From assembly GCA_030550535.1 (NCBI GenBank), contig JAUQPF010000051.1, forward strand, positions 2,974 to 66,973: DNA of 64,000 nucleotides, given 5' to 3'. This DNA is from Candidatus Bipolaricaulota bacterium. Its GTDB lineage: Bacteria > Bipolaricaulota > Bipolaricaulia > Bipolaricaulales > Bipolaricaulaceae. Of the stretch, positions 18,701-27,153 are shown piece by piece. Below the pieces are notes generated by a model, which made no database searches, was not told where the DNA came from, and worked only from the letters and a program-made list of their open reading frames with translations. The position numbers and the translations under genes are program-made. The first letter of the stretch is position 1. Each line of letters opens with the position of its first letter.

Positions 18701-18797
18701 CGGGAACGGCCACGTTGGTGACCGTTACGGCCCCCGCAGCCGGAAGAACCCAGGCGGCGAGCATCCCCCACACTGCTCCCATCACTGCCCATCGCAT
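15756..18797 (-). CDS. Secreted multidomain protein: 4 tandem Ig-like repeats, 3 PKD domains and a CTD-like tail
   Basis: WDFGDG twice and WEFGDG; repeats starting V(F/Y/V)(P/R)G..; tail LDNPVTGNQCRIQI...LTILDMAGRPV...WDLKDREGRLVPNGLYLFYV...RILVRR. Confidence 0.9.
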   Translation of the reverse strand: MRWAVMGAVWGMLAAWVLPAAGAVTVTNVAVPDAFVFPGALLVAQIIEIRVPTGQTLDLREITVKNTATGTKIAAGDLEYIEIRRGSETGTLLKKETTLAGFESAGVTIALTTNNRFTAGTHRLFILVKLKSLEALVGKALALGETSVKDTASTSYAVTYPPAAATFTVVGPKVDFQEIEDASEAVYRGQRFLAARILVDASEVPLDFTLSRLLVRNVASGSGVIPLAGRYLTRVEVRRALDGALLGEQTSRSELDKFATTGTAVTLTANNRVYAYSQVLLEVWLTLASDAPLGHKIQLGASVRLEGTDFAVGEPGKAPKFTVVHREDLGLETERLDLPDRGVVPGQTFLAQGIRLRDSDPDPYDVILGSVLVRNTASDPLADQHVARIEVKRRADGAVLGSATDLSGLSTTGVRIALTADNVIPDDTEVEIELYVTLRETAPLGRKLKLATQIWYTEGGASLATEVLKGPATFTVVGPAGLEVENRTPSPPDRNVFPGLTFLAQRLYLEDQDDDPYDVTITRVLVKNLSTGTVVGDAHVARIEVRDAAGRLLGETTSISGLTTTGVWVPTTANNVIPDDKNLTIEIWVTLKGDVPAGLKFMAGARVQHTEGGQTFTKPLDFLSSGVEFTTATGTPRTVTFTYSPDAPKWSDEITFTPSVSPATGVVYARWDFGDGRVVELKTAEGDRPLDPIKHTYRKGGEFTVVYAVRDDANREVRATRRVTVTNAPPRNVDFSFSPASPLVNQTITFTPAANIEDPDGDITKATFRWDFGDGGPTVTTTGPQPVTRAFAQAGTYTVTLTVTDEGGAAETAKRDVTVGTPTPPAPQPPTVTGVSLTPPNPEAGKPVVFTATTTAPANDPVSEWEWEFGDGTPATTTETNTATHTYTNPGAYTVRVRARNSAGWSVPYTRTITVFPAGVTFGFLILDNPVTGNQCRIQIFAPAGATDVKLTILDMAGRPVLLDKPVSVGTFTWDLKDREGRLVPNGLYLFYVTARIEGQIQRTEIGRILVRR

Positions 18798-19004
18798 CGC
18801 CCCATCACCTCGCTTAGTCTAGCCGGCCGGCCTTTTGCTCGTACCCCATCCACTCCACCATCCCTAGTCTACGCGGGTCCGTCTCCCCGCCTAACCTCAC
18901 AGTTACCTCCGTTCCCGACGTTTTCCCCCCGCCCAAGGCCCATTTGTCCCGCCGGTGTGCCGCCCCCGGTCCAACTCGTAGCGTAATGCCTCCACTTTTT
19001 TGCA

Positions 19005-19034
19005 GTGTACCGAGGGCGACGCTTGCAGGGCAAG
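19005..19034 (-). promoter_or_regulatory. Putative sigma70 promoter for the PKD-protein/PorV operon
   Basis: Minus strand TTGCCC-N18-TACACT, about 200 nt upstream of ATG 18797; coordinates approximate. Confidence 0.45.
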
Positions 19035-19116
19035 CCTCGAAATTTTGGGGCCGACTTAGCTTAGAGAAGGCCACGCTCGCGCGGCCCCTAGGGGGCGCCC
19101 CTCGCCGCGGTAGGGG

Positions 19117-19146
19117 TTGAAGAAGCGCGCGCGTGCGCTTTAAAGT
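19117..19146 (+). promoter_or_regulatory. Putative promoter for tRNA-Ala/trmFO
   Basis: TTGAAG-N18-TAAAGT, 9 nt before the tRNA. Confidence 0.5.
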
Positions 19147-19155
19147 CTGAGATGT

Positions 19156-19228
19156 GGGGGCGTAGCTCAGCTGGGAGAGCGCCGGCTTTGCAAGCCGGAA
19201 GTCGGCGGTTCGAGTCCGCTCGCCTCCA
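19156..19228 (+). tRNA. tRNA-Ala(TGC), CCA not encoded
   Basis: GGGGGCGTAGCTCAGCTGGGAGAGCGCCGGCT-TGC-AAGCCGG...GGTTCGAGTCC...CGCCTCCA; G3:U70 pair. Confidence 0.97.
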
Positions 19229-19246
19229 CTTCTTTTCTTTCCCGCC

Positions 19247-20560
19247 ATGAACGCCAAGCCCTGGGTCACCGTGGTGGGAGGAGGTTTAGCTGGGGCTGAA
19301 GCGGCCTGGACCCTGGCCCGGCTTGGCCTCCGTGTCCGCCTCTTTGAGATGCGCCCGGGCAAGATGACCCCTGCCCACCGCACCGAGCACTTCGCGGAAC
19401 TCGTGTGCTCCAACTCCCTGGGCGGCGAGGGTCCCGCCAACGCCAAGGGATTGCTTCAAGCGGAACTCCGCGCTGCGGGAAGCCTCGTCATGGAAGCGGC
19501 GGACCGCTTCCGCGTGCCTGCCGGTGCAGCCCTGGCCGTGGACCGCGAGCCCTTTAGCGTCTACATCACCGAGAGGCTCTCCTCCCACCCCCACGTGGAG
19601 GTCGTGCGAGAGGAAGTCACGGAGATCCCTGATCCCATCGCGATCCTGGCCACGGGCCCCCTCACCTCCGACGCCCTGGCCGAGGCCCTCCGGCGTCGTC
19701 TGGGCGAGAACTTTCTTTACTTCTACGATGCGGCCGCGCCCGTGATCCTGGGCGAAACGATCAACATGGAGAAGTGCTTCCGGGGTGGGCGCTTCGAGCA
19801 AAGCCCTGATTACATCAACTGCCCCATGACCGAGGAGGAGTACCGCCGCTTCTATGAGGCGCTCACCCAGGCCCGCCAACACACCCCCCACGACTGGGAG
19901 AACCTCCGGTTCTTCGAGGGGTGCATTCCCATTGAGGAGCTCGCGCGGCGGGGGTACCTCACCCCGGTGTTTGGGCCTCTTAGGCCCGTGGGGATCATCG
20001 ACCCCCGCACGGGAAAGGAGCCGTTCGCCGTGGTGCAGCTCCGCCAGGAGGACCGGGAGGGAAGGCTTTGGAGCCTTGTGGGCTTCCAGACCGGGCTCAA
20101 GTGGCCGGACCAAAAGAAGGTGGTGCAAACCATCCCGGGCCTGGAGAACGCGGAGATCGTGCGCTATGGGGTCATGCACAGAAATACGTACCTCAATGCG
20201 CCCAAGCTCATCCGGGAGACCCTGGAGCTTCGGGATGCGCCGGGCGTGTTCGTGGCTGGGGTCCTGGCGGGGGTGGAGGGCTACATTGAGAGCGCGGCCA
20301 CGGGTTTTCTGGCCGGGCTCAACGCGGGGAGGATGGCGCTCGGGCTTCCTCCCGTGGTTCCGCCTCCAGAGAGCATGCTTGGGGCGCTGGTGCGCTTTTT
20401 GGCCACCGCCGAGCCCGAGAACTTCCAGCCCATGAGCGCCAACTGGGGCCTGGTTCCCCCGCTTGAAGGGAAGATGGACAAGCGGGCCAAGCGGGAGGCC
20501 ATGTTCCGTCGGGGGCTATCGGCTTTTCAGGCCTGGTTTAGCGAAGTTTGGCAGGGTTAG
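19247..20560 (+). CDS. trmFO: tRNA (uracil-54-C5)-methyltransferase, folate/FAD-dependent
   Basis: VVGGGLAGAEAA, ELVCSNSLG, YGVMHRNTY, GVEGYIESAATG. Confidence 0.97.
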   Translation: MNAKPWVTVVGGGLAGAEAAWTLARLGLRVRLFEMRPGKMTPAHRTEHFAELVCSNSLGGEGPANAKGLLQAELRAAGSLVMEAADRFRVPAGAALAVDREPFSVYITERLSSHPHVEVVREEVTEIPDPIAILATGPLTSDALAEALRRRLGENFLYFYDAAAPVILGETINMEKCFRGGRFEQSPDYINCPMTEEEYRRFYEALTQARQHTPHDWENLRFFEGCIPIEELARRGYLTPVFGPLRPVGIIDPRTGKEPFAVVQLRQEDREGRLWSLVGFQTGLKWPDQKKVVQTIPGLENAEIVRYGVMHRNTYLNAPKLIRETLELRDAPGVFVAGVLAGVEGYIESAATGFLAGLNAGRMALGLPPVVPPPESMLGALVRFLATAEPENFQPMSANWGLVPPLEGKMDKRAKREAMFRRGLSAFQAWFSEVWQG

Positions 20561-20565
20561 GGCCT

Positions 20566-20843
20566 CCTCATCCTGACCCTCTCCCCCAAGGGGGAGAGGG
20601 CTTGTGAAAAAAGCGAAGGCCCCTTTCCTAGGAAACCAGCTTCTTCCCCTTCTTAAGGCTGACGGGCTGGACGAAACGAAATCGGTGTCGTTCCACCCTC
20701 TCCCCTTTTGGGGAGAGGGCACAGGGGTGAGGGTTTCCGCACACACGGGGAGCAGAAAAAGGGCCTTGCTGCCCAGCCAAAGTTCGTTCTCCGGTGATTA
20801 AGGGCCACCCTCTTCCCTTCGGGGAGAGGGCTTGGGTGAGGGG
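20566..20843. repeat. Cluster of three REP-like hairpins with unique spacers
   Basis: Copies at about 20566-20600 (inverted), 20696-20733 and 20808-20843; core CCCTCTCCCC-Nx-GGGGAGAGGG-N-GGGTGAGGG. Confidence 0.85.
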
Positions 20844-21449
20844 TCAAACCAAAAGGTCGGGGTTTTCGGCGAGGACGCGAAGGAGGGGCTTTAGGCCCTC
20901 CAGGGCCTTGCGCCGATGGGAAATGGCGTTCTTCTCCTCAGGGGAGAGCTCGGCAAGGGTCCGCGTCTCGCCCTTGGGGATGAAAAGAGGATCGTACCCG
21001 AAGCCTCCGCTTCCCCGGGGCTCTCGGGCGATCTCACCCTCGAGCACTCCTTCGCTCGTCCAGAACCGGCCATCCGGAAGAGCCAGGACGGCCACGGTGC
21101 GGAACCGCGCCCGCCGGTTTTCCGCCCCTTCCAGGAGCTCCAAAAGCTTTCGGTTGTTCGCGGCGTAGTCCTTCTCCCTCCCGGCGAAGCGGGAGGAAAG
21201 GACCCCAGGCGCCCCACCCAGGGCCTCCACCTCAAGCCCCGTGTCCTCGGCGAGGGCGGGCAAACCCGCGCGCTTGGCGTACGTCACGGCCTTGATGATC
21301 GCGTTCTCCTCGAGGGTTTCCCCTTCCTCCTTGGGCTCAGGGAGACCCAAGTGCGAGGCGGAGACCCATTCCACCCCAGGGATCGCGCCCAGGATGGCCA
21401 GAATTTCCGCGAGTTTCGCGGGGTTCCCTGTCCCTAAAAGGACCTTCAC
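20844..21449 (-). CDS. rdgB: Non-canonical purine NTP pyrophosphatase (XTP/dITP)
   Basis: [38 protein letters not shown]. Confidence 0.95.
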   Translation of the reverse strand: MKVLLGTGNPAKLAEILAILGAIPGVEWVSASHLGLPEPKEEGETLEENAIIKAVTYAKRAGLPALAEDTGLEVEALGGAPGVLSSRFAGREKDYAANNRKLLELLEGAENRRARFRTVAVLALPDGRFWTSEGVLEGEIAREPRGSGGFGYDPLFIPKGETRTLAELSPEEKNAISHRRKALEGLKPLLRVLAENPDLLV

Positions 21450-22474
21450 GCGACCTTCACGCCCCGCAGTTGGAGGTGGTCCGCGAAGTGGCAGGCCACG
21501 TAGTGCTCACCGCCCAGGTCCCGCAGCTCCGGCGTCTCCCGGGAGCACACGTCCTTGGCGTAGGAGCAGCGGGGATGGAAGCGGCAGCCCTTGGGCGGGT
21601 TCACGGGACTGGGCACGTCGCCCTGGAGGATGATGCGCTCGGCCTGGTAATCGGGGTCGGGGACAGGCACGGCGGAAAGGAGGGCCTCGGTGTAGGGATG
21701 CCGCGGACGGAGGAAAAGCTCCTCGGTCTCCGCGAGCTCCACGATTTTTCCGAGGTACATCACGGCCACGCGGTCGGAGATGTGCTTCACCACGGAAAGA
21801 TCGTGGGCCACAAAAAGGTAGGTGAGGCCGAACTGGTCCTGGAGATCCTCAAGGAGGTTCAGGATTTGGGCCTGGATGGAGACGTCCAGGGCGGAGACGG
21901 GCTCGTCGCACACGATGAGCTGAGGGTTGAGGGCTAAGGCGCGGGCGATGCCGATCCTTTGGCGCTGGCCGCCCGAGAACTCATGGGGATAGCGCCGCAT
22001 GTGCTCGGGCTTGAGGCCCACGGCCTCCAAAAGCTCGGCCACGCGCGCCCGCAATTCCTTTCCCCGGGCCATCCGGTGCACCACCAGCGGCTCGCCAATG
22101 ATGTCCCCCACGGTCATGCGGGGGTTCAGGGAGGAGTAGGGGTCCTGGAAGATGATCTGCATTTCCCGGCGCAGGAGCTTCATGGTCCTTTTGTCGGCGT
22201 GGACCACGTCCACCTCCCGGCCCAGCTGTTTGGAGCGGAACCAGACCTCGCCGGAGGTGGGTTCGATCAGGCGCAGGATGGTGCGGGCGCACGTGGTTTT
22301 TCCGCAGCCGGACTCGCCCACGAGGCCCAGGGTCTCCCCTTCCCGGATGAAGAGATCCACCTCGTCCACCGCTTTGACCCAGCCCACGACCCGGCGGAAC
22401 ACGCCCCGCCGCACCGGGAAGTACTTCTTCAGCCGGTTGACGCGAAGGAGGACAAGGTCGCTTTTTACGGCCAT
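21446..22474 (-). CDS. Oligopeptide/dipeptide ABC ATP-binding protein (OppF/AppF type)
   Basis: [28 protein letters not shown]-terminal GCRFHPRC cluster. Confidence 0.95.
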   Translation of the reverse strand: MAVKSDLVLLRVNRLKKYFPVRRGVFRRVVGWVKAVDEVDLFIREGETLGLVGESGCGKTTCARTILRLIEPTSGEVWFRSKQLGREVDVVHADKRTMKLLRREMQIIFQDPYSSLNPRMTVGDIIGEPLVVHRMARGKELRARVAELLEAVGLKPEHMRRYPHEFSGGQRQRIGIARALALNPQLIVCDEPVSALDVSIQAQILNLLEDLQDQFGLTYLFVAHDLSVVKHISDRVAVMYLGKIVELAETEELFLRPRHPYTEALLSAVPVPDPDYQAERIILQGDVPSPVNPPKGCRFHPRCSYAKDVCSRETPELRDLGGEHYVACHFADHLQLRGVKVA

Positions 22475-22484
22475 CTCTCACCCC

Positions 22485-23465
22485 TCAGGCGTAGAGCCAG
22501 CAGGCGGCCTCATGGTTCGGGGCCACTTCCCGCAAAGGCGGCGTTTCCTTGGTGCAGATTTCCATCACGTGGGGGCAGCGGGGGTTGAAGGGGCAACCCG
22601 GCGGCGCGTCCAGGGGGTCGGGCACGATCCCCTTGATCGGCTCCAGACGCTTCTTCTTCGTGGCCAGGGAGGGGATGGAGTTGAGGAGCCCTTGGGTGTA
22701 GGGGTGCTTGGGCTCGTGGAAAAGCGGGCGCACCAGGGCGTGCTCCACCACCTTCCCCAAGTACATCACCACCACTTCCTGGCACATCTCCGCCACGACC
22801 CCGAGGTTGTGGGTGATGAACATGATGGCCATCTTGAACCGGCTCTGGAGATCCCGCATGAGGTCCAGGACTTGGGCCTGGATGGTCACATCCAAGGCGG
22901 TGGTGGGCTCATCGGCGATGAGGAGCGAGGGGTTGCAGGAGAGGGCCATGGCGATCATGGCCCGCTGGCGCATCCCACCGGAGAGCTGGTGGGGGTACTC
23001 GTCCACCCGCTGCTCGGGCTCTGGGATCCCCACCTGACGCAGCATCTCGATCGCTTTTTTCCGGGCTTCCTTCTTGGAGACCTTTTGGTGGAGCATGATG
23101 GCCTCCATGATCTGGTAGCCGATGGTGAAGACAGGGTTCAGGGAGGTCATGGGCTCCTGGAAGATCATGGCGATCTCTTTGCCCCGGATGGCCCGGTACT
23201 CCTTGCCTTTGGGGGGGAGCTTGGTGAGGTCCACGGTGTTCCCGTCCTTATGGAGAAGGATTTGGCCGCCCACGATCTTCCCCGGGGGCATGGGCACGAG
23301 CCCCATGATGGACAAAGCCGTCACGGATTTTCCGCATCCGGATTCACCGACTATGCCCAAGGTCTGCTGGGGCTCGATCTTGAAGGTGACTCCGTCTACG
23401 GCTTTGACCACCCCGTCCTCGGTATAGAAGTAGGTCTTCAGGTCCTGGACCTGAATGAGCGGCAC
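22485..23465 (-). CDS. Oligopeptide/dipeptide ABC ATP-binding protein (OppD/AppD type)
   Basis: SD GGAGG then [30 protein letters not shown]. Confidence 0.95.
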   Translation of the reverse strand: MPLIQVQDLKTYFYTEDGVVKAVDGVTFKIEPQQTLGIVGESGCGKSVTALSIMGLVPMPPGKIVGGQILLHKDGNTVDLTKLPPKGKEYRAIRGKEIAMIFQEPMTSLNPVFTIGYQIMEAIMLHQKVSKKEARKKAIEMLRQVGIPEPEQRVDEYPHQLSGGMRQRAMIAMALSCNPSLLIADEPTTALDVTIQAQVLDLMRDLQSRFKMAIMFITHNLGVVAEMCQEVVVMYLGKVVEHALVRPLFHEPKHPYTQGLLNSIPSLATKKKRLEPIKGIVPDPLDAPPGCPFNPRCPHVMEICTKETPPLREVAPNHEAACWLYA

Positions 23466-23473
23466 AGTCCCTC

Positions 23474-23704
23474 CTAAAGGACGGCCAAAAGAATCCCCAG
23501 GACGAAAAAGACCGTGCCCAGGACCCCGATGAGGAGCTTTTTGGGGTCGCGGGAGACGTCCCGGCCGAACACGGTGGCGGACATCCCCGCCCCGAAGGCT
23601 CCTCCCAAGGTGGCGTGCTCCGACATGTGCGAGAGCACCAAGGCGATCAAGGCGAAACAGTCCACAAAGAAAAGGGCTAACAAGACGCTGCGAAGGATTC
23701 CCAT
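23474..23704 (-). CDS. secG: Preprotein translocase subunit SecG
   Basis: 76 aa with two TM helices flanking LGGAFGAG...TVFG; TATAAT and SD upstream. Confidence 0.85.
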   Translation of the reverse strand: MGILRSVLLALFFVDCFALIALVLSHMSEHATLGGAFGAGMSATVFGRDVSRDPKKLLIGVLGTVFFVLGILLAVL

Positions 23705-23782
23705 CTCCTCGCTCCTCCAAACGCCATTATACGGGCGGAAGCGCATTTGGTGCAAGATGGCGTGGTTCGTAAAATGCCGACG

Positions 23783-25381
23783 TTGGCCAAGTACGTTTTC
23801 GTCACGGGCGGCGTGGTCTCCGGCTTGGGCAAGGGGGTGCTCACCGCCTCCTTGGGGTGCCTCCTGCGCAGCCGGGGGGTGCGCGTCACCCTCCAGAAGA
23901 TCGATCCCTACCTCAACGTGGATGCCGGCACCATGAACCCCTACGAGCACGGAGAGGTCTTCGTCACCAAGGACGGCCTGGAGACGGACCTCGACATTGG
24001 GCACTACGAGCGCTTCCTCCATGAGGATCTGAGCCGGGCCAACTACCTCACCACGGGGCAGGTGTACTGGGCCGTGATCCAAAGGGAACGCTGCGGTGAC
24101 TACCTGGGCCAGACCGTTCAGGTGATCCCCCATATCACCGAGGAGATCAAGGGCCGGATCAAAGGGGCCCTGGAGGCCACGGGAAGCGAGCTCGTGGTGG
24201 TGGAGGTGGGGGGCACGGTGGGCGACATCGAGGGCCTCCCGTACCTGGAGGCCATCCGGCAGCTCAGGGATGAGCTTCCCAGGGAGGACGTGGCCGTGGT
24301 GCACCTCGCCTACGTTCCCGTCCTCTCCACCACGGGAGAGCTTAAGACCAAGCCCACCCAGCACTCGGTGAAGGAGTTGCGGGCGGTGGGCATTCAGCCG
24401 GACTTCATCGTGGCCCGCTGTCCTACCCCGCTTCCTTTGGCCCTGCGCAAGAAAATCGCCCTCTTCTGCGACGTCCCTGTGGAGCACGTGATCGAGGACC
24501 GGGATCTGAGCTCCATCTACGAGGTACCCCTGGCCTTGGCCGCGGAGGATTTCGACCGAAAACTTCTGCATCGCCTGGGCCTATCCAGTGCCGCCTCCGA
24601 TCTCGCGGCCTGGGAGGACTTCGTCCGCCGCCTGCAGAACGCGGAGGAGACCCTTCGCATCGGGATCGTGGGGAAGTACGTGGAGCTCAGGGACGCCTAC
24701 CTCTCCATCGTGGAGGCCCTGCGGCACGCGGGCGCCGCCTTGGGGAAAAAGGTGGAGGTCGCCTGGATCCCTGCCCAAAAGGTGGAGGAGCAAGGGGAGA
24801 AGGCGCTTGCGGGCGTGCAAGGGATCCTCGTGCCCGGGGGCTTTGGCGAGCGCGGGATCGCCGGGAAGATCTTTGCCGCCGAGCATGCCCGGCGCACCGG
24901 ACTCCCGTACTTCGGCATCTGCTTGGGAATGCAGGTGGCGGTGATCGCTTTTGCCCGTGCGGTCCTGGGCTGGAGCGAGGCCAATTCCACGGAGTTCGAC
25001 CCGCGGACCCCCTATCCCGTGATCGACCTCCTTCCGGAGCAGGCTGGGGTGAAGGCCAAAGGCGGCACCATGCGCCTTGGGGAGTATCCCGCCAAGGTCC
25101 AGCCGGGCACGCGCCTGCGCGCCGCCTACGGGGAGGCGCAGATTGGCGAGCGCCATCGCCACCGCTACGAGTTCAACCCCCGGTATCTTGAGGAATTTGA
25201 ACGCGCCGGCCTTGTGCCTTGCGCCATCTCCCCGGACGAAAGGCTGGTGGAGGCGGTGGAGCTCCGGGATCACCCCTGGTACGTGGCCGTGCAGTTCCAT
25301 CCAGAGTTCCGTTCCCGCCCGCTGCGGCCGCATCCCCTGTTTTTGGCGTTCTTGCGGGCATGCGCCTCCTTCTCCTCCTGA
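23783..25381 (+). CDS. pyrG: CTP synthase (start TTG 23783 or ATG 23774)
   Basis: KYVFVTGGVVSGLGKG, KTKPTQHSV, GICLGMQ, QFHPEF. Confidence 0.98.
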   Translation: MAKYVFVTGGVVSGLGKGVLTASLGCLLRSRGVRVTLQKIDPYLNVDAGTMNPYEHGEVFVTKDGLETDLDIGHYERFLHEDLSRANYLTTGQVYWAVIQRERCGDYLGQTVQVIPHITEEIKGRIKGALEATGSELVVVEVGGTVGDIEGLPYLEAIRQLRDELPREDVAVVHLAYVPVLSTTGELKTKPTQHSVKELRAVGIQPDFIVARCPTPLPLALRKKIALFCDVPVEHVIEDRDLSSIYEVPLALAAEDFDRKLLHRLGLSSAASDLAAWEDFVRRLQNAEETLRIGIVGKYVELRDAYLSIVEALRHAGAALGKKVEVAWIPAQKVEEQGEKALAGVQGILVPGGFGERGIAGKIFAAEHARRTGLPYFGICLGMQVAVIAFARAVLGWSEANSTEFDPRTPYPVIDLLPEQAGVKAKGGTMRLGEYPAKVQPGTRLRAAYGEAQIGERHRHRYEFNPRYLEEFERAGLVPCAISPDERLVEAVELRDHPWYVAVQFHPEFRSRPLRPHPLFLAFLRACASFSS

Positions 25382-25965
25382 GCCTTTCCTTGGCGGCCTG
25401 GGCCCAGAGCTTGACCGTCGCGGCGCCCTGGCTTGTGGTCTACGACGCGGAAGGAAGACCGCGCTGGGAGATTCGCCTGGAGAAGCTTTGGCGCACAAAG
25501 GAGGGGTGGGAGGGCGAGGGCGTTTCGGTGACCCTGTTTTGGGCCGGCGAGCCAAGCTTTAAGGTGCAGGCGCAAGCGATCCGAGCGGAGGCCCTGGGCC
25601 GAAGCTGGACGCTTTCCGGGGAGATCGCGGGGGAGGGTTATGGTTTTTCCTTCACGGCGGAAGAAGCCTCCTGGAACGGCAAGCTCCGTCTCAAGCATTT
25701 TCGGGCTCAAGGCCATGGGCTTTCCCTCGTGGCCCAGGAGGCCCGCTGGGAGTTGGAAGGTCCTTTGGAGCTCTTCGCCGCCGAGGGGGAGGGGATGGGC
25801 TGGTCTTTACGTTTCCCCTACGGCCGCTTTGCGGAAGGGGTGCTCGTGGCCCAGGAGCCCGAGGCCGTGGGGCATGGCCTGCGCCTCCGTGCCGAGCTTC
25901 TGGAGCTTTGGGTGGACGAAGGGCGTTTGAAGTTCTGGAGGGTCCAGGTTGTCCGCGGTTCTTGA
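25360..25965 (+). CDS. Secreted LptC/LptA-like beta-jellyroll protein
   Basis: Signal peptide ...AAWA|Q; all-beta, YDAEGRPRWEIRLEK; internal repeat G(Y/H)G(F/L)xxxAxE; directly upstream of lptB. Confidence 0.55.
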   Translation: MRLLLLLSLSLAAWAQSLTVAAPWLVVYDAEGRPRWEIRLEKLWRTKEGWEGEGVSVTLFWAGEPSFKVQAQAIRAEALGRSWTLSGEIAGEGYGFSFTAEEASWNGKLRLKHFRAQGHGLSLVAQEARWELEGPLELFAAEGEGMGWSLRFPYGRFAEGVLVAQEPEAVGHGLRLRAELLELWVDEGRLKFWRVQVVRGS

Positions 25966-26665
25966 GGGTTTAAACCTGGTGAAGCGTTTTCGTCACATTC
26001 GCGCTGTGGACGAGCTCACCGTGCGCTTTCGCGCGGGCGAGGTCACCGGCCTTTTGGGGCCGAACGGCGCGGGGAAGACCACCACCCTCTACCTTCTGGC
26101 GGGCTTTCTGCGTCCAAACGCGGGGGAGGTCTTCCTTTCGGGAAAACGGATCACGGGGCTTCCCTTCCACGGTCGGGCGCGGCTGGGCATCCATTACCTT
26201 CCCCAGGAGCCCTCGGTTTTCCTGCGGACTACGGTGGCGGGGAACGTGCGGCTGGCCCTGGCCGGCTTGGGCCTGCGCTGGAATGGCCAAGTGGACAAAG
26301 TTTTGGAGGAATTGGGCCTGCGGAAACTTCTGCGGCGGCGCGTGGCGGAGCTCTCCGCGGGCGAACGCCGCAAGGTTGAGGTGGCCCGGGCCCTCGTCAC
26401 CCGCCCCCTCTTCCTCCTTTTGGACGAGCCGTTTTTGGGCGTGGATCCCCTAACCGTGCAGGAGCTTTCCCAACTTGTGCGGCAGCTCGCGCAAGCTGGA
26501 ATTGGGGTGGTCATTTGCGACCACAACGTGCGCGACACCCTGCGCCTTGTGGACCGGGCCTACCTCATTCAGGCGGGGAAGCTTGTGCTTGAGGGAACGC
26601 CGGCGGAGATCGTGGCCGATGCGCGCGCCCGCCAAAGCTACCTTGGGGAGAACTTCGTCTTATGA
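25949..26665 (+). CDS. lptB: LptB-like ABC ATP-binding protein
   Basis: GLLGPNGAGKTT, YLPQEPSVF, GERRKVEVARAL, LLDEPFLGVDP, DHNVRDTL, YLGENF. Confidence 0.9.
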   Translation: MSAVLEGLNLVKRFRHIRAVDELTVRFRAGEVTGLLGPNGAGKTTTLYLLAGFLRPNAGEVFLSGKRITGLPFHGRARLGIHYLPQEPSVFLRTTVAGNVRLALAGLGLRWNGQVDKVLEELGLRKLLRRRVAELSAGERRKVEVARALVTRPLFLLLDEPFLGVDPLTVQELSQLVRQLAQAGIGVVICDHNVRDTLRLVDRAYLIQAGKLVLEGTPAEIVADARARQSYLGENFVL

Positions 26666-27111
26666 GTGGCCTCCAGGGCCAAAAGCCTTTCCTTCCAGGC
26701 GAGGCCTGGGCCGAACCCCCCAAGCCCCCCTCGGGCCACCACCCGGTGGCAGGGAACAAGGATGGGGAGGGGGTTGTGGGCCAAGGCTTGCCCCACGGCC
26801 CGCGCGGCCTTAGGCCTTCCCAGCTGCGCGGCAAGCTCCCCATAGGTCACGGTTTCCCCATAGGGAATGCGCCGAAGTTCCTCCCAGACCTGGCGGAAGA
26901 AGGGCGGGCCCTCCCAGCGCACCGGCACGGAAAACCCCTCTATCCCTCCTTGGAAGTACGCGGAGAGCTCGGCGGCCAAAACCCCGAACACGGGGCTTTC
27001 CTGGAGCGGCCCTCCGGGCTCCTGGTTGGGGAAACGCAGGGCCACGATGGCCCCGCCCTCCTCCCAAGCATAAAAAACACCCCAGACCGTTGGGACCTTT
27101 CCCCAGGGCAC
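26638..27111 (-). CDS. ogt: Methylated-DNA-protein-cysteine methyltransferase (start uncertain)
   Basis: IPYGETVTYGELA, ARAVGQA, NPLPILVPCHRVV. Confidence 0.93.
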   Translation of the reverse strand: MPWGKVPTVWGVFYAWEEGGAIVALRFPNQEPGGPLQESPVFGVLAAELSAYFQGGIEGFSVPVRWEGPPFFRQVWEELRRIPYGETVTYGELAAQLGRPKAARAVGQALAHNPLPILVPCHRVVARGGLGGFGPGLAWKERLLALEATHKTKFSPR

Positions 27112-27153
27112 AGGTAAGCCTAGCCGCGCCTTTTTGCGCGTACAATGCCAGCT

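Noticed and set aside
8184..18797. Complete canonical T9SS or gliding locus
   Set aside because: No PorK/L/M/N, PorU or PorP homologues are recognisable in the window, so it is reported only as a T9SS-like module.
18814..19446. 210-aa minus-strand ORF
   Set aside because: It is antisense to tRNA-Ala and trmFO, with no recognisable motifs.
20566..20843. CRISPR array
   Set aside because: Only three degenerate units in mixed orientation, spacers of about 75-95 nt, the same motif dispersed elsewhere, and no cas genes.
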